NCBI GenBank assembly: GCA_965228735.1
Contig: OZ245838.1
Coordinates: forward strand, 928,001 to 992,000
DNA from: Planctomycetota bacterium
GTDB taxonomy: Bacteria > Planctomycetota > UBA1135 > UBA2386
Direction: 5' to 3'
DNA: 64,000 nt
The translations under genes were made by a program, and so were the position numbers. This document shows positions 41,844 through 53,400 of the stretch, one piece after another. Each line of letters begins with the position of its first letter. The first letter of the stretch is position 1. The notes below the pieces were generated by a model. That model had not been told where the DNA came from. It saw nothing but the letters and a program-made list of their open reading frames with translations, and searched no databases.

Positions 41844-42722
41844 CTACTCGAACTTCGCGCCGGCAGCGATCCAGCGTTCGAGCAGCTGCAGCTCGCGCTC
41901 GGTCGGCTGCGGCTTGCCCTCCGGGGGCATGTGCTCGTCGTCGTCGAGCGGATAGCGACAGCGATAGAGCAGCGCGCTCTCCTTCGGATCCCCGGCGACG
42001 ATGACGGGACCGTAGTCGCCGCCCTTCTGGATGCCCTCGACCGTCGTCAGCAGCAGCTCGCCCTTCGTCTTGTCGGGGTTGTGGCACTTCGTGCAGACGC
42101 GCTCGAGGAACGGCTGGATGTGATCCCGGAACGTCACCACCGCGGGCAGCGCGGTCGGTGTATCGCCGGCGGCTTCGTCGCCGTTCGCGGGGCCTGCAGT
42201 GCTGCCGGTGTCGTTGCTGGCGATGTCACTGCTGCCGTTGTTCTGGTCACCGGCGTTCGCCGCCCGGCCCTCCTTTTGCACCTCGAAAGGCTCCGTGAGG
42301 AAGTCCGGGCCGTGGGTGATCGAGCCGCCGAGGTGGCCGGCGGGCAGCATGGCGACGAGGCCGAGCAGCAGCAGGATCCGGAACGGCGCGCGCTTCCGCA
42401 GGCCCGAGACGATCGCGAGCAGCACGCAGACGCTGCCGAGCACGATGCCGGCGATCTTGTGGTTGCCCACGAGCTCGCTCTCGCTGCCGTTCTCGCCGGC
42501 GAGCACGAGGCCGGACGCGGTCGCGAGCGCGGCGCTGATCGCCGTCAGCCAGGCGAGCGCGCAGATCGGTCCGCGTGGGCTCTCGCGCCGGATCAACAAG
42601 GCGCCGAACTCGAGCAGGAACATCGCCGGAACGAGGCCGAGCGGCATGTGCAGGACGACCGGGTGGCTGCGCCCGAGCAGGGTGAACCACGGCGAAGGGT
42701 CTTCGGTCAGCAGGGAGAGCAT
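41844..42722 (-). CDS. Membrane (DUF2231-like) + planctomycete cytochrome c protein
   Basis: GRSHPVVLHMPLG, GHLGGSITHG; C-terminal CTKCH...HMPP...WIAAGA. Confidence 0.85.
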   Translation of the reverse strand: MLSLLTEDPSPWFTLLGRSHPVVLHMPLGLVPAMFLLEFGALLIRRESPRGPICALAWLTAISAALATASGLVLAGENGSESELVGNHKIAGIVLGSVCVLLAIVSGLRKRAPFRILLLLGLVAMLPAGHLGGSITHGPDFLTEPFEVQKEGRAANAGDQNNGSSDIASNDTGSTAGPANGDEAAGDTPTALPAVVTFRDHIQPFLERVCTKCHNPDKTKGELLLTTVEGIQKGGDYGPVIVAGDPKESALLYRCRYPLDDDEHMPPEGKPQPTERELQLLERWIAAGAKFE

Positions 42723-42736
42723 TGGCGACGCGGGTT

Positions 42737-44179
42737 TCAGGCGAGCAGGTCGGTGATCACGTTGCCGAATACGTCGGTGAGCCGGAAGTCGCGACCCTGA
42801 TGACGGTAGATCAGCCGTTCGTGATCGAATCCGAGCAGGTGCAGCATCGTGGCGTGGAGATCGTGCACCGAAACCGGATCCTCCACGATGTTGTAGCTGT
42901 AGTCGTCGGTGCGGCCGTAGCTGAATCCCGGTTTGACGCCGCCGCCGGCCATCCACACCGTGAAGCACCGCGGGTGATGATCCCGCCCGTAGTTCGTCTT
43001 GCTGAGGCCGCCCTGGCTGTAGACCGTGCGCCCGAACTCGCCGCCCCAGGTCACGAGCGTCTCGTCGAGCATCCCGCGCCGCCGCAGGTCCGTGATGAGG
43101 GCCGCGATCGGCCGGTCGACGGCCTGGCACTGCTTGGTCATCTCGCTCGGCAGATTGCCGTGCTGGTCCCAGCCGCGCATGTAGAGCTGCACGAAGCGGA
43201 CACCGCGTTCGGCGAGCCGGCGGGCGAGCAGGCACGAACTCGCGAACGTGCCGGGCTTCTTCGCGTCCTCGCCATAGAGCGCGAACGTCGACTCGGGTTC
43301 GTCGCTGAGATCGGTGAGCTCGGGCACGGACATCTGCATGCGGTAGGCCATCTCCTGCTGCGCGAGTCGGGTCTGGATCTCGCGGTCCAGCGTCGCGCGC
43401 GCCTCGCGTTCGGCGAAGTCGCTGACGAGATCGAGCATCGCGCGGCGGTCCGCGCGCGAGATGCCCGCGGGATCGCGCAGGAACAGCACGGGGTCACCCG
43501 TCGACCGCAGCTTGCACCCCTGGTGCTCGCCCGGCAGGAAGCCGTTGCCCCAGAACCGGGCCGCGAGCGCCTGCATGTTGCCGAAGCCCTGGGTGATCAT
43601 CACGACGAACGTCGGCAGATCGCGGTTGTCCGTGCCGAGCCCGTAGCTCGTCCAAGCGCCGAGGCTCGGGCGACCGGGCTGCTGCGTGCCCGTCTGCGCG
43701 AACGTGATCGCGGGTTCGTGGTTGATCGCCTCGGTATGGACGCTGCGCACGAAGCACAGCTCGTGCGCGACGCTGCCGAGGTGCGGCATGAGCTCGCTGA
43801 TCCATGCGCCGTCGTTGCCGTTGTCCCAGCGCTTGAACTTGAACTTGCTCGGCGCGACGGGGAATCGCTTCTGGCCGGACGTCATGCCCGTCAGGCGCTG
43901 ACCGTTGCGGATCGAGTCCGGCAGGTCCTCGTCGTAGCGATCGACGAGCTGCGGCTTGTAGTCGAAGAGGTCGAGCTGACTCGGGCCGCCCTCCATGTGG
44001 AGGGAGATCACGCGCTTGGCGCGGCCCGTGAAGTGCGGTTGCTGCCGCCCCTCGCCCCGATCGTGAACCACGTCGCCGCTGCTGGCGAGGGCCATCGTAC
44101 CGAGCGCGCCGGTGACGGAGGTCGCGGACCGGCCGAAGAACCGCCGGCGGGTGAGGAGCTTGTTGAGTTCGTCGTACAC
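42737..44179 (-). CDS. DUF1501 protein (Tat-exported, sulfatase-like fold)
   Basis: TRRRFF Tat motif; MEGGPSQLDLFD, GWDQH, WGGEFGRT, GRDHHP, DLHAT, FRLTDV. Confidence 0.93.
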   Translation of the reverse strand: MYDELNKLLTRRRFFGRSATSVTGALGTMALASSGDVVHDRGEGRQQPHFTGRAKRVISLHMEGGPSQLDLFDYKPQLVDRYDEDLPDSIRNGQRLTGMTSGQKRFPVAPSKFKFKRWDNGNDGAWISELMPHLGSVAHELCFVRSVHTEAINHEPAITFAQTGTQQPGRPSLGAWTSYGLGTDNRDLPTFVVMITQGFGNMQALAARFWGNGFLPGEHQGCKLRSTGDPVLFLRDPAGISRADRRAMLDLVSDFAEREARATLDREIQTRLAQQEMAYRMQMSVPELTDLSDEPESTFALYGEDAKKPGTFASSCLLARRLAERGVRFVQLYMRGWDQHGNLPSEMTKQCQAVDRPIAALITDLRRRGMLDETLVTWGGEFGRTVYSQGGLSKTNYGRDHHPRCFTVWMAGGGVKPGFSYGRTDDYSYNIVEDPVSVHDLHATMLHLLGFDHERLIYRHQGRDFRLTDVFGNVITDLLA

Positions 44180-44192
44180 GTTCGGCTCCGGT

Positions 44193-47100
44193 TCAGTCGA
44201 TGTAGAGGGTCGCGTCGAGGTTGAGGAACGCGTTCGCGAGCAGCAGGAACGCCGCGTGCTCGGGCGCCGGGATCGCCCCGTCCCGCGGTGATTCGCCGAC
44301 GGTCAGCAGCTGCTCCGCGTCCTCGGGTGCTGTGTGGTAGCGCCGCCGCATGCGTTCGAGGGTCGCGAGCGCCCGGTCGAGCCGGCCACCGTCGAGGTCG
44401 TGCCCCGTGCAGCGGCGATACATCGCCCGCAGGCGCGTGCGATCGTCACCTGGGGATTGCAGTGCACGTTGCGCCAGCGCCCGGGCCGCTTCGACGAACT
44501 GTTCGTCGTTCCAGAGCGCGAGCGCCTGCAGCGGCGTGTTCGTGACGGATCGCCGGATCGTGCAGAACTCCCGGGTCGGCGCGTCGAACGTCAGCAACGT
44601 CGGCGGTGGACACGCGCGCTTCCAGTAGGTGTAGAGGCTGCGGCGCCACAACGCGTCGCCGTCGTCACGTTCGAAGGTGCGCGTGTTCGACTGCAGCATC
44701 GCGACCTCGCGCCACAGGCCCTCGGGCTGATACGGCTTGACGCTCGGGCCGCCGACCCGTTCGACGAGCAGGCCGCTGACGTAGAGCGCCTGGTCGCGGA
44801 TCGCCTCGGCCGTGAGCCGGCGCCGCGGGAACCACGCCAGCAGGCGGTTGTCCGGGTCGACGCGCGCGGCCGCGGTGTTCGTGCGGGCGCTCTGCCGGAA
44901 CGTGGCGGACGTGACGAGCAGCCGGAGCATCTCCCGCATGCTCGTGCCGCGCCTGCGGAACTCGAGCGTCAGCCAGTCGAGCAGCTCCGGGTGGCTCGGC
45001 CACTCGCCCTGCAGGCCGAAGTCCTCGCTCGTCCTGACGATGCCGGTGCCGAACACGAACTCGAACAGCCGGTTCACCGCGACGCGGTGGGGCAGCGGGT
45101 TGTCCGCGCTCACGAGCCATCTGGCGAGTCCGAGGCGATCGCGCGGCATCGCGGCGTCCCCGATGCCGAACATCGCGGGCAGCGCGGGCTGCACCGGCTG
45201 TGACTCGTCGGCCTTGTCGTATTCGCCGCGTTCGAGGACGTAGGTCGGGCGGCGTTCCATGCGCTCGCTCATGACCATCGTGCGCGGCAGGTTGGCCTCG
45301 AGCTCGCTGAGCTGCTGCTCGAGGGCGGCGACGCGGGCCTTGCGCTCGCGGTAACCCGGCGAGTGGTTCTCACGCCACGCGGCGTGGATGCGGGCCGTCA
45401 TCGCGTCGTCGATCGCCGCTTCGGGCAGCAGCCAGAGCCGCATGTCACCCGTCAGCACGGCAGGAGCTTCCTCGTGCCGCCAGTAGAACCCGCCCGCGCC
45501 GCCGGTGTTGACGACCTCGAGCGTCACCGCCTGCACGCCGCGCGCGACCGTGATGTCGACCCGATCCTGGTTCGCGGCGACGCCGCGGGCGACGCGACGC
45601 TCCGCAACCGTCTGGCCGCCGACGTGCACTGCGAAGCCGTCATCGCTGCCGAGCCAGACCGTGAGCGGGCGCTCCGTGGGGGCGAACACCTCGTGGGCGA
45701 TGAACGTCGAGCCCGCATCGCGTGGCAGGTTCTTGTAGACGGTCGCGGGCCGGAGGTCGGCGTCGTATTGCCAGCGTTGGTCGCCGAAGCGGGCGTCGAG
45801 CGCGATGCGTTTCGCCGACTCGGGGCCGTGCACCGCGTCGTAGGCGTCCTCGTTCGTGCTCGCGAACCGGCCGGTCTTGTAGAAGCCGCTCGTCAGCACG
45901 GGCAGGCGCGCGAGCATCGCCTCGTCGATCCGGCCGAGATGCAGGCGAACGCGGCCGAGCACGTGCTGGCTGTAGACCGAGTCGTAGCGCAGCCGCACCC
46001 GGGCCTCGACGCCGCGGCCGTCGCCGAACGGCGCATCGGCGAGGAAGAGCGCGCGCCGCGCGCCGGGTGGCCGTTCGTGGGCCGCGACCGCCCAGCCCCG
46101 GTTGTCGTCGTGCAGCGCGTTGGCGATGCCGAAGTCGCCGTTCGTCTGCTCGACGTCGGCCATCGCCCAGACCAGCGGCACGTCGCGCCACTCCTCGCGG
46201 CTACCGCGCGCGCGCACCTCGAGTCGAACGTGCTGCAGGACCGCGTTGCCGTTGGGGGACCGGCCGACCTTGCCCTGGCCGAGGGTGCCGTCGGGGAGCG
46301 CCTCGAGGCCCAGCAGGCGCAGATCGCCCGCCGTGGTCGCGACGGTGAGAACGTGCTCGTCGCGAGCCGGGTTGTCCCCGGTCGCGAGAACCGAACCGTC
46401 GGGCTGGAGGGCGAGCGTCGCCCCGGCGGTGCTCGTCGCCGCGGTCACCGTCGCCTCTGGCCACTCGATCCCGCTCGCGCCGCGCAGGGACCGGAACCAG
46501 GCGGCCCGTTGGGCGGCTTCTCCGGGTTGTTCGGCCGCGAGCGCCGCGCGGGCCGCGTCGAGGTCGTTCGCGAGTGCCGTCCGCGCCGCCGACTGCTCGT
46601 CCGACAGCACGTCGAGCGCGGGCTCGAGCGCGCGGTTGGGGTCGCGCGACTGCCGGTAGAGGCCCGGTTCGTCGTTGTTGTAGAAGTAGGCGAACAGGGA
46701 GTAGTAGTCGCGCTGCGTGATCGGGTCGAACTTGTGATCGTGACACCGCGCGCAGCCGACCGTCAGCCCGAGGAACACGCTGCCGACCGTGGCGGTGCGT
46801 TCGGCCGCGTATTCGACGAGATACTCCGCGTCGATCGCGCCGCCTTCGTCCGTCGTGACGTGCGCCCGCAGAAACCCGGTCGCGACCTTCTGCGCCTGGG
46901 TCGCGTCGGGGAGCTGATCGCCGGCCAGCTGCTCGACCACGAACTCGTCGAACGGCTTGTCGTCGGCGAGGGCCTGCAGCAACCAATCGCGCCACGGCCA
47001 GATCTGGCGCCCGGCGTCCATGTGGATGCCGCAGGTGTCGGCATAGCGCGCGGCGTCGAGCCACGGACCCGCGAAGTGTTCGGCGTGGCGCGAACGATAC

Positions 47101-47786
47101 GGCTCTTCGTCGAGCAGCCGGTCGACGAGTCGGTCGTAGGCGTCGGGGCTGCGGTCCGCGTCGTAGTCCGCGAGCTCCGCCGGCGTCGGCGGCAGGCCCG
47201 TGAGGACGAGGAACGCGCGGCGGGCCAGCGTTCTCCGGTCGGCCTCCGGGTTCGGCGTGAGCCCGTGCCGCAGCAGTGCGGCGCCGATGAACCGATCGAC
47301 CGGATTGCGGGCCTGATCGGCGATGTTCGCCGCCGCGGGGATGGTCGGCGGCACGGGCGGCACGAACGCCCAGTGGTCCTCGTACGGCGCGCCGGCCGCG
47401 ATCCAACGTTCGACGAGGTCGCGCTCGCGCGCGTCGAGCGCCGGCTTCTGCGACTCCGGCGGCGGCATGCGATACCCGTCCTCCGTGCTCGTGACGCGAT
47501 GCCAGAGCCGGCTGCTGGCGGGGTCGCCCGGGACGATCGCCGCGCCGCCATCGCGGTCCATGACCGCCGCCGCGCGCAGATCGAGGCGCAGCTCGGCCGC
47601 CCGCGTGCCCTGGTCCGGGCCGTGGCAGCGGAAGCACTTGTCGGCCAGGATCGGGCGGATGTCGCGGCCGTAGCGGACGTCGTCCTGGCTGCGCAGTGAC
47701 GGGCTCAGCGTCACGAGCAAGGCGCTCGCGGCGAAGAGACTCAGGCACCGCCGGGCTCCGGCAAGAACGCGTTCTGACCTCGACAT
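44193..47786 (-). CDS. Planctomycete cytochrome c + DUF1549 + DUF1553 (PSD1) protein
   Basis: CFRCH, HWAF, WLDAARYAD, CARCHDHKFDP, PSHPELLDWL, RRSLYTYWKR, TNTPLQAL. Confidence 0.93.
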   Translation of the reverse strand: MSRSERVLAGARRCLSLFAASALLVTLSPSLRSQDDVRYGRDIRPILADKCFRCHGPDQGTRAAELRLDLRAAAVMDRDGGAAIVPGDPASSRLWHRVTSTEDGYRMPPPESQKPALDARERDLVERWIAAGAPYEDHWAFVPPVPPTIPAAANIADQARNPVDRFIGAALLRHGLTPNPEADRRTLARRAFLVLTGLPPTPAELADYDADRSPDAYDRLVDRLLDEEPYRSRHAEHFAGPWLDAARYADTCGIHMDAGRQIWPWRDWLLQALADDKPFDEFVVEQLAGDQLPDATQAQKVATGFLRAHVTTDEGGAIDAEYLVEYAAERTATVGSVFLGLTVGCARCHDHKFDPITQRDYYSLFAYFYNNDEPGLYRQSRDPNRALEPALDVLSDEQSAARTALANDLDAARAALAAEQPGEAAQRAAWFRSLRGASGIEWPEATVTAATSTAGATLALQPDGSVLATGDNPARDEHVLTVATTAGDLRLLGLEALPDGTLGQGKVGRSPNGNAVLQHVRLEVRARGSREEWRDVPLVWAMADVEQTNGDFGIANALHDDNRGWAVAAHERPPGARRALFLADAPFGDGRGVEARVRLRYDSVYSQHVLGRVRLHLGRIDEAMLARLPVLTSGFYKTGRFASTNEDAYDAVHGPESAKRIALDARFGDQRWQYDADLRPATVYKNLPRDAGSTFIAHEVFAPTERPLTVWLGSDDGFAVHVGGQTVAERRVARGVAANQDRVDITVARGVQAVTLEVVNTGGAGGFYWRHEEAPAVLTGDMRLWLLPEAAIDDAMTARIHAAWRENHSPGYRERKARVAALEQQLSELEANLPRTMVMSERMERRPTYVLERGEYDKADESQPVQPALPAMFGIGDAAMPRDRLGLARWLVSADNPLPHRVAVNRLFEFVFGTGIVRTSEDFGLQGEWPSHPELLDWLTLEFRRRGTSMREMLRLLVTSATFRQSARTNTAAARVDPDNRLLAWFPRRRLTAEAIRDQALYVSGLLVERVGGPSVKPYQPEGLWREVAMLQSNTRTFERDDGDALWRRSLYTYWKRACPPPTLLTFDAPTREFCTIRRSVTNTPLQALALWNDEQFVEAARALAQRALQSPGDDRTRLRAMYRRCTGHDLDGGRLDRALATLERMRRRYHTAPEDAEQLLTVGESPRDGAIPAPEHAAFLLLANAFLNLDATLYID

Positions 47787-47871
47787 GGCGGGGCGATGTT
47801 CGCACCCGGGCGCCGGGCTGTCACGGCCCATGCCGGCGAAAGCGCCGGGCCGAAACCGGTGGCCGGGTCGG

Positions 47872-50346
47872 TCAGCGCGCCGCGAGAACGACGCGAACGG
47901 GCGGCGCGCCCTGGCTCGTGAACGTGATGGGGGTGCGACCCTCGCGGCCGTCACCGTCCCATGCGATCAGTTCGTACTCGCCAGCCGCCATGCAGACGCG
48001 GAAGCGCCCGCATTCGCCGCGTCGCAGGTCGAGTCCGACCATCAGTACGTGCGGCTCGCCCGGTGGCCGCAGCGCGAGCGAGACCCAGTCGTGGTCGTTC
48101 GTCGTGCGGGGATTGGTGACCTCGACCACGCGCTCGATCCCGGGCCGGACGACGATGTTCTTCTGCAGTTCGACGCCCGCGCGGACCGCGATCAGATGGG
48201 CCTCCGCCGCGATCCCGTCGCCGTGGATCAGCAGGCGGTGGGTGCCGGGCGGCACCGCATCGAAGCGATAGCTGCCGGCCGCGTACTCGGCCTCGAAGCG
48301 GGCGTCGCCGGTCGCCGTCTCGATCGCGACCGCGACCACACCGAGCTCGGCTCCGGCTTCGTGCGTGATGTCGCCGAGCACCGCGCCACCGCGACCGAGC
48401 ACGATCGCCCCGAGGTCCTGCGTGCCGCTGGCGTCGAGATCGATCTCGCGCGTGACCCCGACGAAGCCCGGGTGGCTGACGAACAGGATGACCGTGCCGC
48501 TCGGCACGTCCTGGATCACGAAACGGCCCGTGGCGTCGGCGGTGCGTTCGATCGTCTGCTGGCGTTCTCGGTGCCAGCACGAGACCGCCGCGGCGAGCGG
48601 CGTGCCGTCGCGCGACTGCACCTCGCCGGCCACGACGGTCGTCGGCGCGGCGTGATCGACCTGCAGGAGCAGCGCGCCCTCGCAGCTGCCGACGTCGCGG
48701 CGCGTCGTCGCGGCGAACCCGGTCGGCGAGGTGTCGGGCGCGAACACGAGCACGTCGAACCTCAGGTCCGCCTGGGCCGGGATCGTGAACCGGCCGTCGC
48801 GATCGGTCTGGACCTGCACCGCCGGCGTGCCGTCGCCGGGCCGCGCCACCACGATCCAGCCGGGCAGCGGGCGCTGGTCACGGCCGAACACGACGCCGCG
48901 CAGGGCGCTGCCGCTCGGCGCGGCCAGCTGCGGGTTCCAGGTCGCCCGTTCGCCCGGGGTGAGTTCGAGCGTCGTCGTCGCGGCGCGCGGCGCGTGGCTG
49001 CGATCACCCGACCGCAACTCGCGCGCGAGCAGGTGCACCGAGCCGGCCGGCAGGCGCTCGAGCACGAACGTGCCGTCCTCGTGGCAGATCGCTCGCGCGT
49101 GCAGCAGGTCGCCCGCGCTGCCGAACTCGATCATCCCGGGGACGGGATCGCCGGTCGTCGTGCGGAGGCGCCCGCTGACCGCGGTGGGGGCGGTCAACGC
49201 GAGGCGCAGCGCCCGCTGCCCGGGCCGCGCGAGCGTCACGGTGCCGCGGGTGCACGCCCCGTCGAGGCCGCGGGCTTCGAACGCGACCTGACCTGGCGGC
49301 AATCCCGTTACCCGGAACGTGCCATCGGCGGCCGTGCGCAGCTGCACGGGCGGCGCCGAGAGTCGGCCGCCGCGGCGCGCGAGCCCGGGCGCGAACCGCA
49401 GCCGCGCGCCGGCCACCGGTCGACCGTCGGGGTCGACCACGAGCCCCGTGACGACGCACGGATCGACGCCGAGCTCGAGAACGACGCGCGCGACCGCCGT
49501 CGTCGGGTCGCGTGGGAGCGTTCGCGTGTGCAGCATCGCGGACGGCGCATGGTCGGGGTGCCGGGCGCCGAGGAAGCCGCGGTCGACGAGCGGGACGCGA
49601 AACGCGCCGGTCGCGTCCGTGCGTCCGATCGCGAGGGCGGTGGCGTGCGGGGCGATGTCGCCATAGCGCGTCGGGTGGCTCGCGAGGAACAGGACTTCGG
49701 CGTTCTCGATCCCGCGGCCCGCGGCGTCAATGACCCGCCCCGTGGCGAAGCCGCGCGGCTGCCATTCGATCGTGATCGAGCGGCGCTCGCCGGGCGCGAC
49801 GACGAGATCGACCGGTTGGCCGAGCGCGGCCCGGATGCGGATCGCCCGGCGCGCGGCGCCGGCGAGCGGAACGGCGATCGTTGCGCGGCCGTTGTCGTCC
49901 GTGCGGGCCGTCGTGTGCCAAGCGGGGCCCGCGCCATCCGACGGCCAATCCGATGTCCGATCCTGGTCGGCAGTGGCATCGGCCCCAGTAGATGCGGCCG
50001 CCGTGGGTTCGCCCGCGATGAGTTCGACGCCGGGCATCGGCGAACCGGGCAGATGCAGGACGTTGACCGTGACCGTCGCGCGGTCGGTCGCAGCGCCGAG
50101 GTGCGGCGCTTGCGAACGCCCGCTAGGTCCCCCCGGTCCGATCGCGGCCCCGGCCGTCCCGTCGGCGCCCGTGGTGGCGTCCGTCCCGGCTCCCGTCGCC
50201 GGCTCGAGCGGGCCGGTCGCGCCGCGCCGTGGCCCGGTGCTCGGGTGGCCCGGGTTCGGGGCACCGTCGCTACCGAACGAGCGGTAGCACCACAGCGCCG
50301 CAACGGCGACTGCCAGCAGGGTCAGAATCGTGACGAACCGTCGCAC
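47872..50346 (-). CDS. Membrane-anchored carboxypeptidase-regulatory-like (Ig-like) repeat protein
   Basis: N-terminal TM; repeated G.V.D..G.P...A...TD..G.F....LP.G units. Confidence 0.78.
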   Translation of the reverse strand: MRRFVTILTLLAVAVAALWCYRSFGSDGAPNPGHPSTGPRRGATGPLEPATGAGTDATTGADGTAGAAIGPGGPSGRSQAPHLGAATDRATVTVNVLHLPGSPMPGVELIAGEPTAAASTGADATADQDRTSDWPSDGAGPAWHTTARTDDNGRATIAVPLAGAARRAIRIRAALGQPVDLVVAPGERRSITIEWQPRGFATGRVIDAAGRGIENAEVLFLASHPTRYGDIAPHATALAIGRTDATGAFRVPLVDRGFLGARHPDHAPSAMLHTRTLPRDPTTAVARVVLELGVDPCVVTGLVVDPDGRPVAGARLRFAPGLARRGGRLSAPPVQLRTAADGTFRVTGLPPGQVAFEARGLDGACTRGTVTLARPGQRALRLALTAPTAVSGRLRTTTGDPVPGMIEFGSAGDLLHARAICHEDGTFVLERLPAGSVHLLARELRSGDRSHAPRAATTTLELTPGERATWNPQLAAPSGSALRGVVFGRDQRPLPGWIVVARPGDGTPAVQVQTDRDGRFTIPAQADLRFDVLVFAPDTSPTGFAATTRRDVGSCEGALLLQVDHAAPTTVVAGEVQSRDGTPLAAAVSCWHRERQQTIERTADATGRFVIQDVPSGTVILFVSHPGFVGVTREIDLDASGTQDLGAIVLGRGGAVLGDITHEAGAELGVVAVAIETATGDARFEAEYAAGSYRFDAVPPGTHRLLIHGDGIAAEAHLIAVRAGVELQKNIVVRPGIERVVEVTNPRTTNDHDWVSLALRPPGEPHVLMVGLDLRRGECGRFRVCMAAGEYELIAWDGDGREGRTPITFTSQGAPPVRVVLAAR

Positions 50347-50432
50347 GGGAGCGTTACGCCAGCAGTGGTTGGAACGGCTCGGATTCTCGCCGTGCGGGTT
50401 GGCGAGTGACCGGAATCCGGAGAGTTCTGCGG

Positions 50433-53400
50433 TCAAATCCGGGCCGCTTTCGGCCACAGGGCGAGGAACCGACGGCGCGCCCGGCGCTCCGGAATGCGCT
50501 GCGCGATCGTGCGGATCAACGACCGGGCCGAGGCCGGTCGCTTCGAGAGCAGGAGGATGCGGAGATGCTGGAAGAGCTGCAGATCCTGGCTCGCGGCGAG
50601 CTCCTCGAGCACCTCGCGGTGGGCGGCGGGCACCTCGCCCGCGCCCGCCGCCGCGAGCAGCCAGTTCGCGGCGACCGAGGGCATCGCGAGCCGTTCGACG
50701 ACCTCGGCGAGAGCGGTGTCGGTGTCACCGAGGCGGACGAGGTAGGCGCGCGACATCGCTTCGCCGAGCCGGTCGCCGCCGGCGATCGCGAGCACGCATG
50801 CGCGTTCGAAGTGGTCGCGGGCGTCCTCGTCGCGGCCGCGCCAGAACTGACGCTCGCCCAGGTAGAGCTCGGCGCGGCCGCCGTAGGAGGGCAGTGACAG
50901 CTGCTCGGCCTCGTCGATCGCGAAGCGCAGATCCTGGGCCGCGTCGTCGTCGCCGAGCAGCGATCGCATGTGCCCGCGGTAGAGCAGCAGGCGCAGGCGA
51001 ACGCGCGGCAGATTGCGCGCCGCGGGGTCCTTGTCGATCTGCTGCAGCGTCTTCAGCGCCGTCGGGAAGTGGTACTGCAGCGCTTCGAGTCGCGCGAGGT
51101 CGATGCGCAGGTGGCAGCGCAGCTCGTCGTCCTCGGCCGGCAGCCGGCGCAGGGCGGCCTGGAGGTGGCGGTGCCCGGCGACGGCCTGCCCCTGGTAGAG
51201 GAGGATGCGACCGTGCAGGCCGTGGGCGCGCGCGGCGATGCGCGCCGCGGCGGTCGTTCGGGCGTTGCCCGGCGCGAGGTCGTCGTGCACCGACTCGAGC
51301 AGCGCGATGGCCGTCAGCAGGTGACCGGCGGCGAGCTCGAGGCCGGCGAGCCCGACGCGCGCAGCCGCCGACGACTCGCCGTCACCGAGTTCGCGCGCCA
51401 GGGTCTCGGCGGCGCGGTAGTCGCGCACGGCGGCGTCCTGTTGCCGGTTGTTGACGCGGGCCTCAGCGTGCAGGAGCAGCAGGCGGAGCCGGTGGTGCGC
51501 GTTCGCGGGCGTGTCTTCGACGTGTTGCAGGTGCGCGGCGACCCGACCCGCGATGCGCAGCGCGGTGCGGCGCGAGCTCGATCGGACGAGTTCGGCGAGA
51601 CCGTCGAGCAGCGGCGCGATCGCGCGGTCGTGCGCGAGCGCCTGCGAGAAGTGCATGCCGACCTCGGTGGAACTCGCGCCGCGTTCCTGCAGCTGGTCGG
51701 CCGCGAGCAGGTGCAGTTCGCGGCGGCGGTCCAGCGGGGTGACGTCGAGCAGGGCCTTGGCGAAGCGCCGATGGCGGAACCAGACCTGGCCGCCCTGGGC
51801 GCGCACGATGCGACCGCGGAAGAGCGACAGCGTCTCGAGCACCGCGAGTTCGGGGCGGCCCGTGAGGCGCACGAGATCCGCGAGCAGGCCGCGCCGGCCG
51901 AGGACGGCCGCGGCCGTGAGCACCTCGCGTGCTTCGGCGGGCAGGGATCGCACGCGCTGCACGAAGCGCTGCACGTGGTCGGGCGCGGGGTCGAGTTCGA
52001 CGCCGGGTTGCAGGTCGCGGTAGGCGCCCGGACTGCCGGCGAGCCGCCCCTCGCTGACGAGGTGGTCGAGCGCTTCGACGAGGTTGCCGGGCACGCCGGA
52101 CAGCGTTTCGTGCGCCGCGCGCAAGAACGCGTCGTCGACCTCGCCCGGCCGGAACAGCGCGTGGCCGAAGCGCAGGAACTCGCGTTCGGCGAGGCCGCCG
52201 ATCTCGATCCGCCGATCGGCGGGAACGTCGTCCGTGCCCGTCGTGAGCAGAACCAGGATCGGGGAGCGATCGGCGCGGCGCGCGAGTCGCTGCAGGACCA
52301 GTTGCCCACTGGTATCGAGGTGCTCGGCGTGGTCGACGCGCAGGACCACGGCGCGACGCGGCCGGGCGAGTGCGAGGAGCGCCGTCGCGAGTCGGTCGGC
52401 GCGCACCTCGGGCTTCTCCGGGCTTCGGCCCATCGCGACGGCCGCGAGCGCGGCCGCGTCGTCGACCGAGAGGCCGTAGATCGTGCGGGCCGCCGCGGCG
52501 GCCCGCGCCTCGGCCTGCGGGCTGCCGTGATCGTCGCCGCGCAACAGAACGTCGAGCAAGGTGCTGGCGAACGGCTCCGCGTGACCGAGTTCGCGATCGG
52601 CTTCGCCGCCGAGGAGGAGCGGCGGGTCGGGTTGGTCGAGCCAGCGTTCGATCGCGTGATCGAGCAGCCGGCGGCGACCCGCGCCGTGGGGGCCGGTGAT
52701 CGCGACGACCTGCCCGTGTCCCGAGCGGGCGTTCTGCATCGCCCGATCGAGCTGCAGGAGCTCGTCGCGCCGACCGACGAGCTCCGCCTCTGCCGGGCGC
52801 CGCATCGCGAGCAGGCGGCGGCGGCTCGCGCGCACTGGCTCCTGCGCTTCGAGTCGGCGCCAGTACTCCGACTGTTCGCCCTGCGCGAGGATGCGCGACA
52901 GCTCGGCCGCGTCCTTCGGCCGGCGATCCGGATCCTTGCTGAGCATCGCGCGCAGCAGCTGCCCGAGCAGGGGCGACACGCTCGGTCGCACGTGAGCGGC
53001 GGGCGGCGGTTCGCGATGGAGGTGCGCGTCGATCATCGCGTCGGCGGTGGTCGCGTCCTGGAACGGGTGCTCGCCCGTCGCGACCTCGAACAGCACGATC
53101 CCGAGGGAGTAGAGGTCGCTGCGCGGTCCGACCCGGTCGCCGCGCAGCGACTCGGGTGCGGCGTAGGCGACGCTGCCGGCGAGGCCGAACCCCGAGGCCG
53201 AGGAGGACCCCGAGCCGCCGCCCTGGCCGAACGGTCGCACGAGCCCGAGGTCCACGATCTTGAGCTGACTGTCGGGCGTGAGGATGAGGTTCTCGGGTTT
53301 GACGTCGCGGTGGATCAGGCCCTTGCCGTGCAGCGCCGCCAGGCCAGCGGCCGCGTCCGACCCGATGCGGCGCACGAGGTCCTCGACCGCGACCTGGCTC

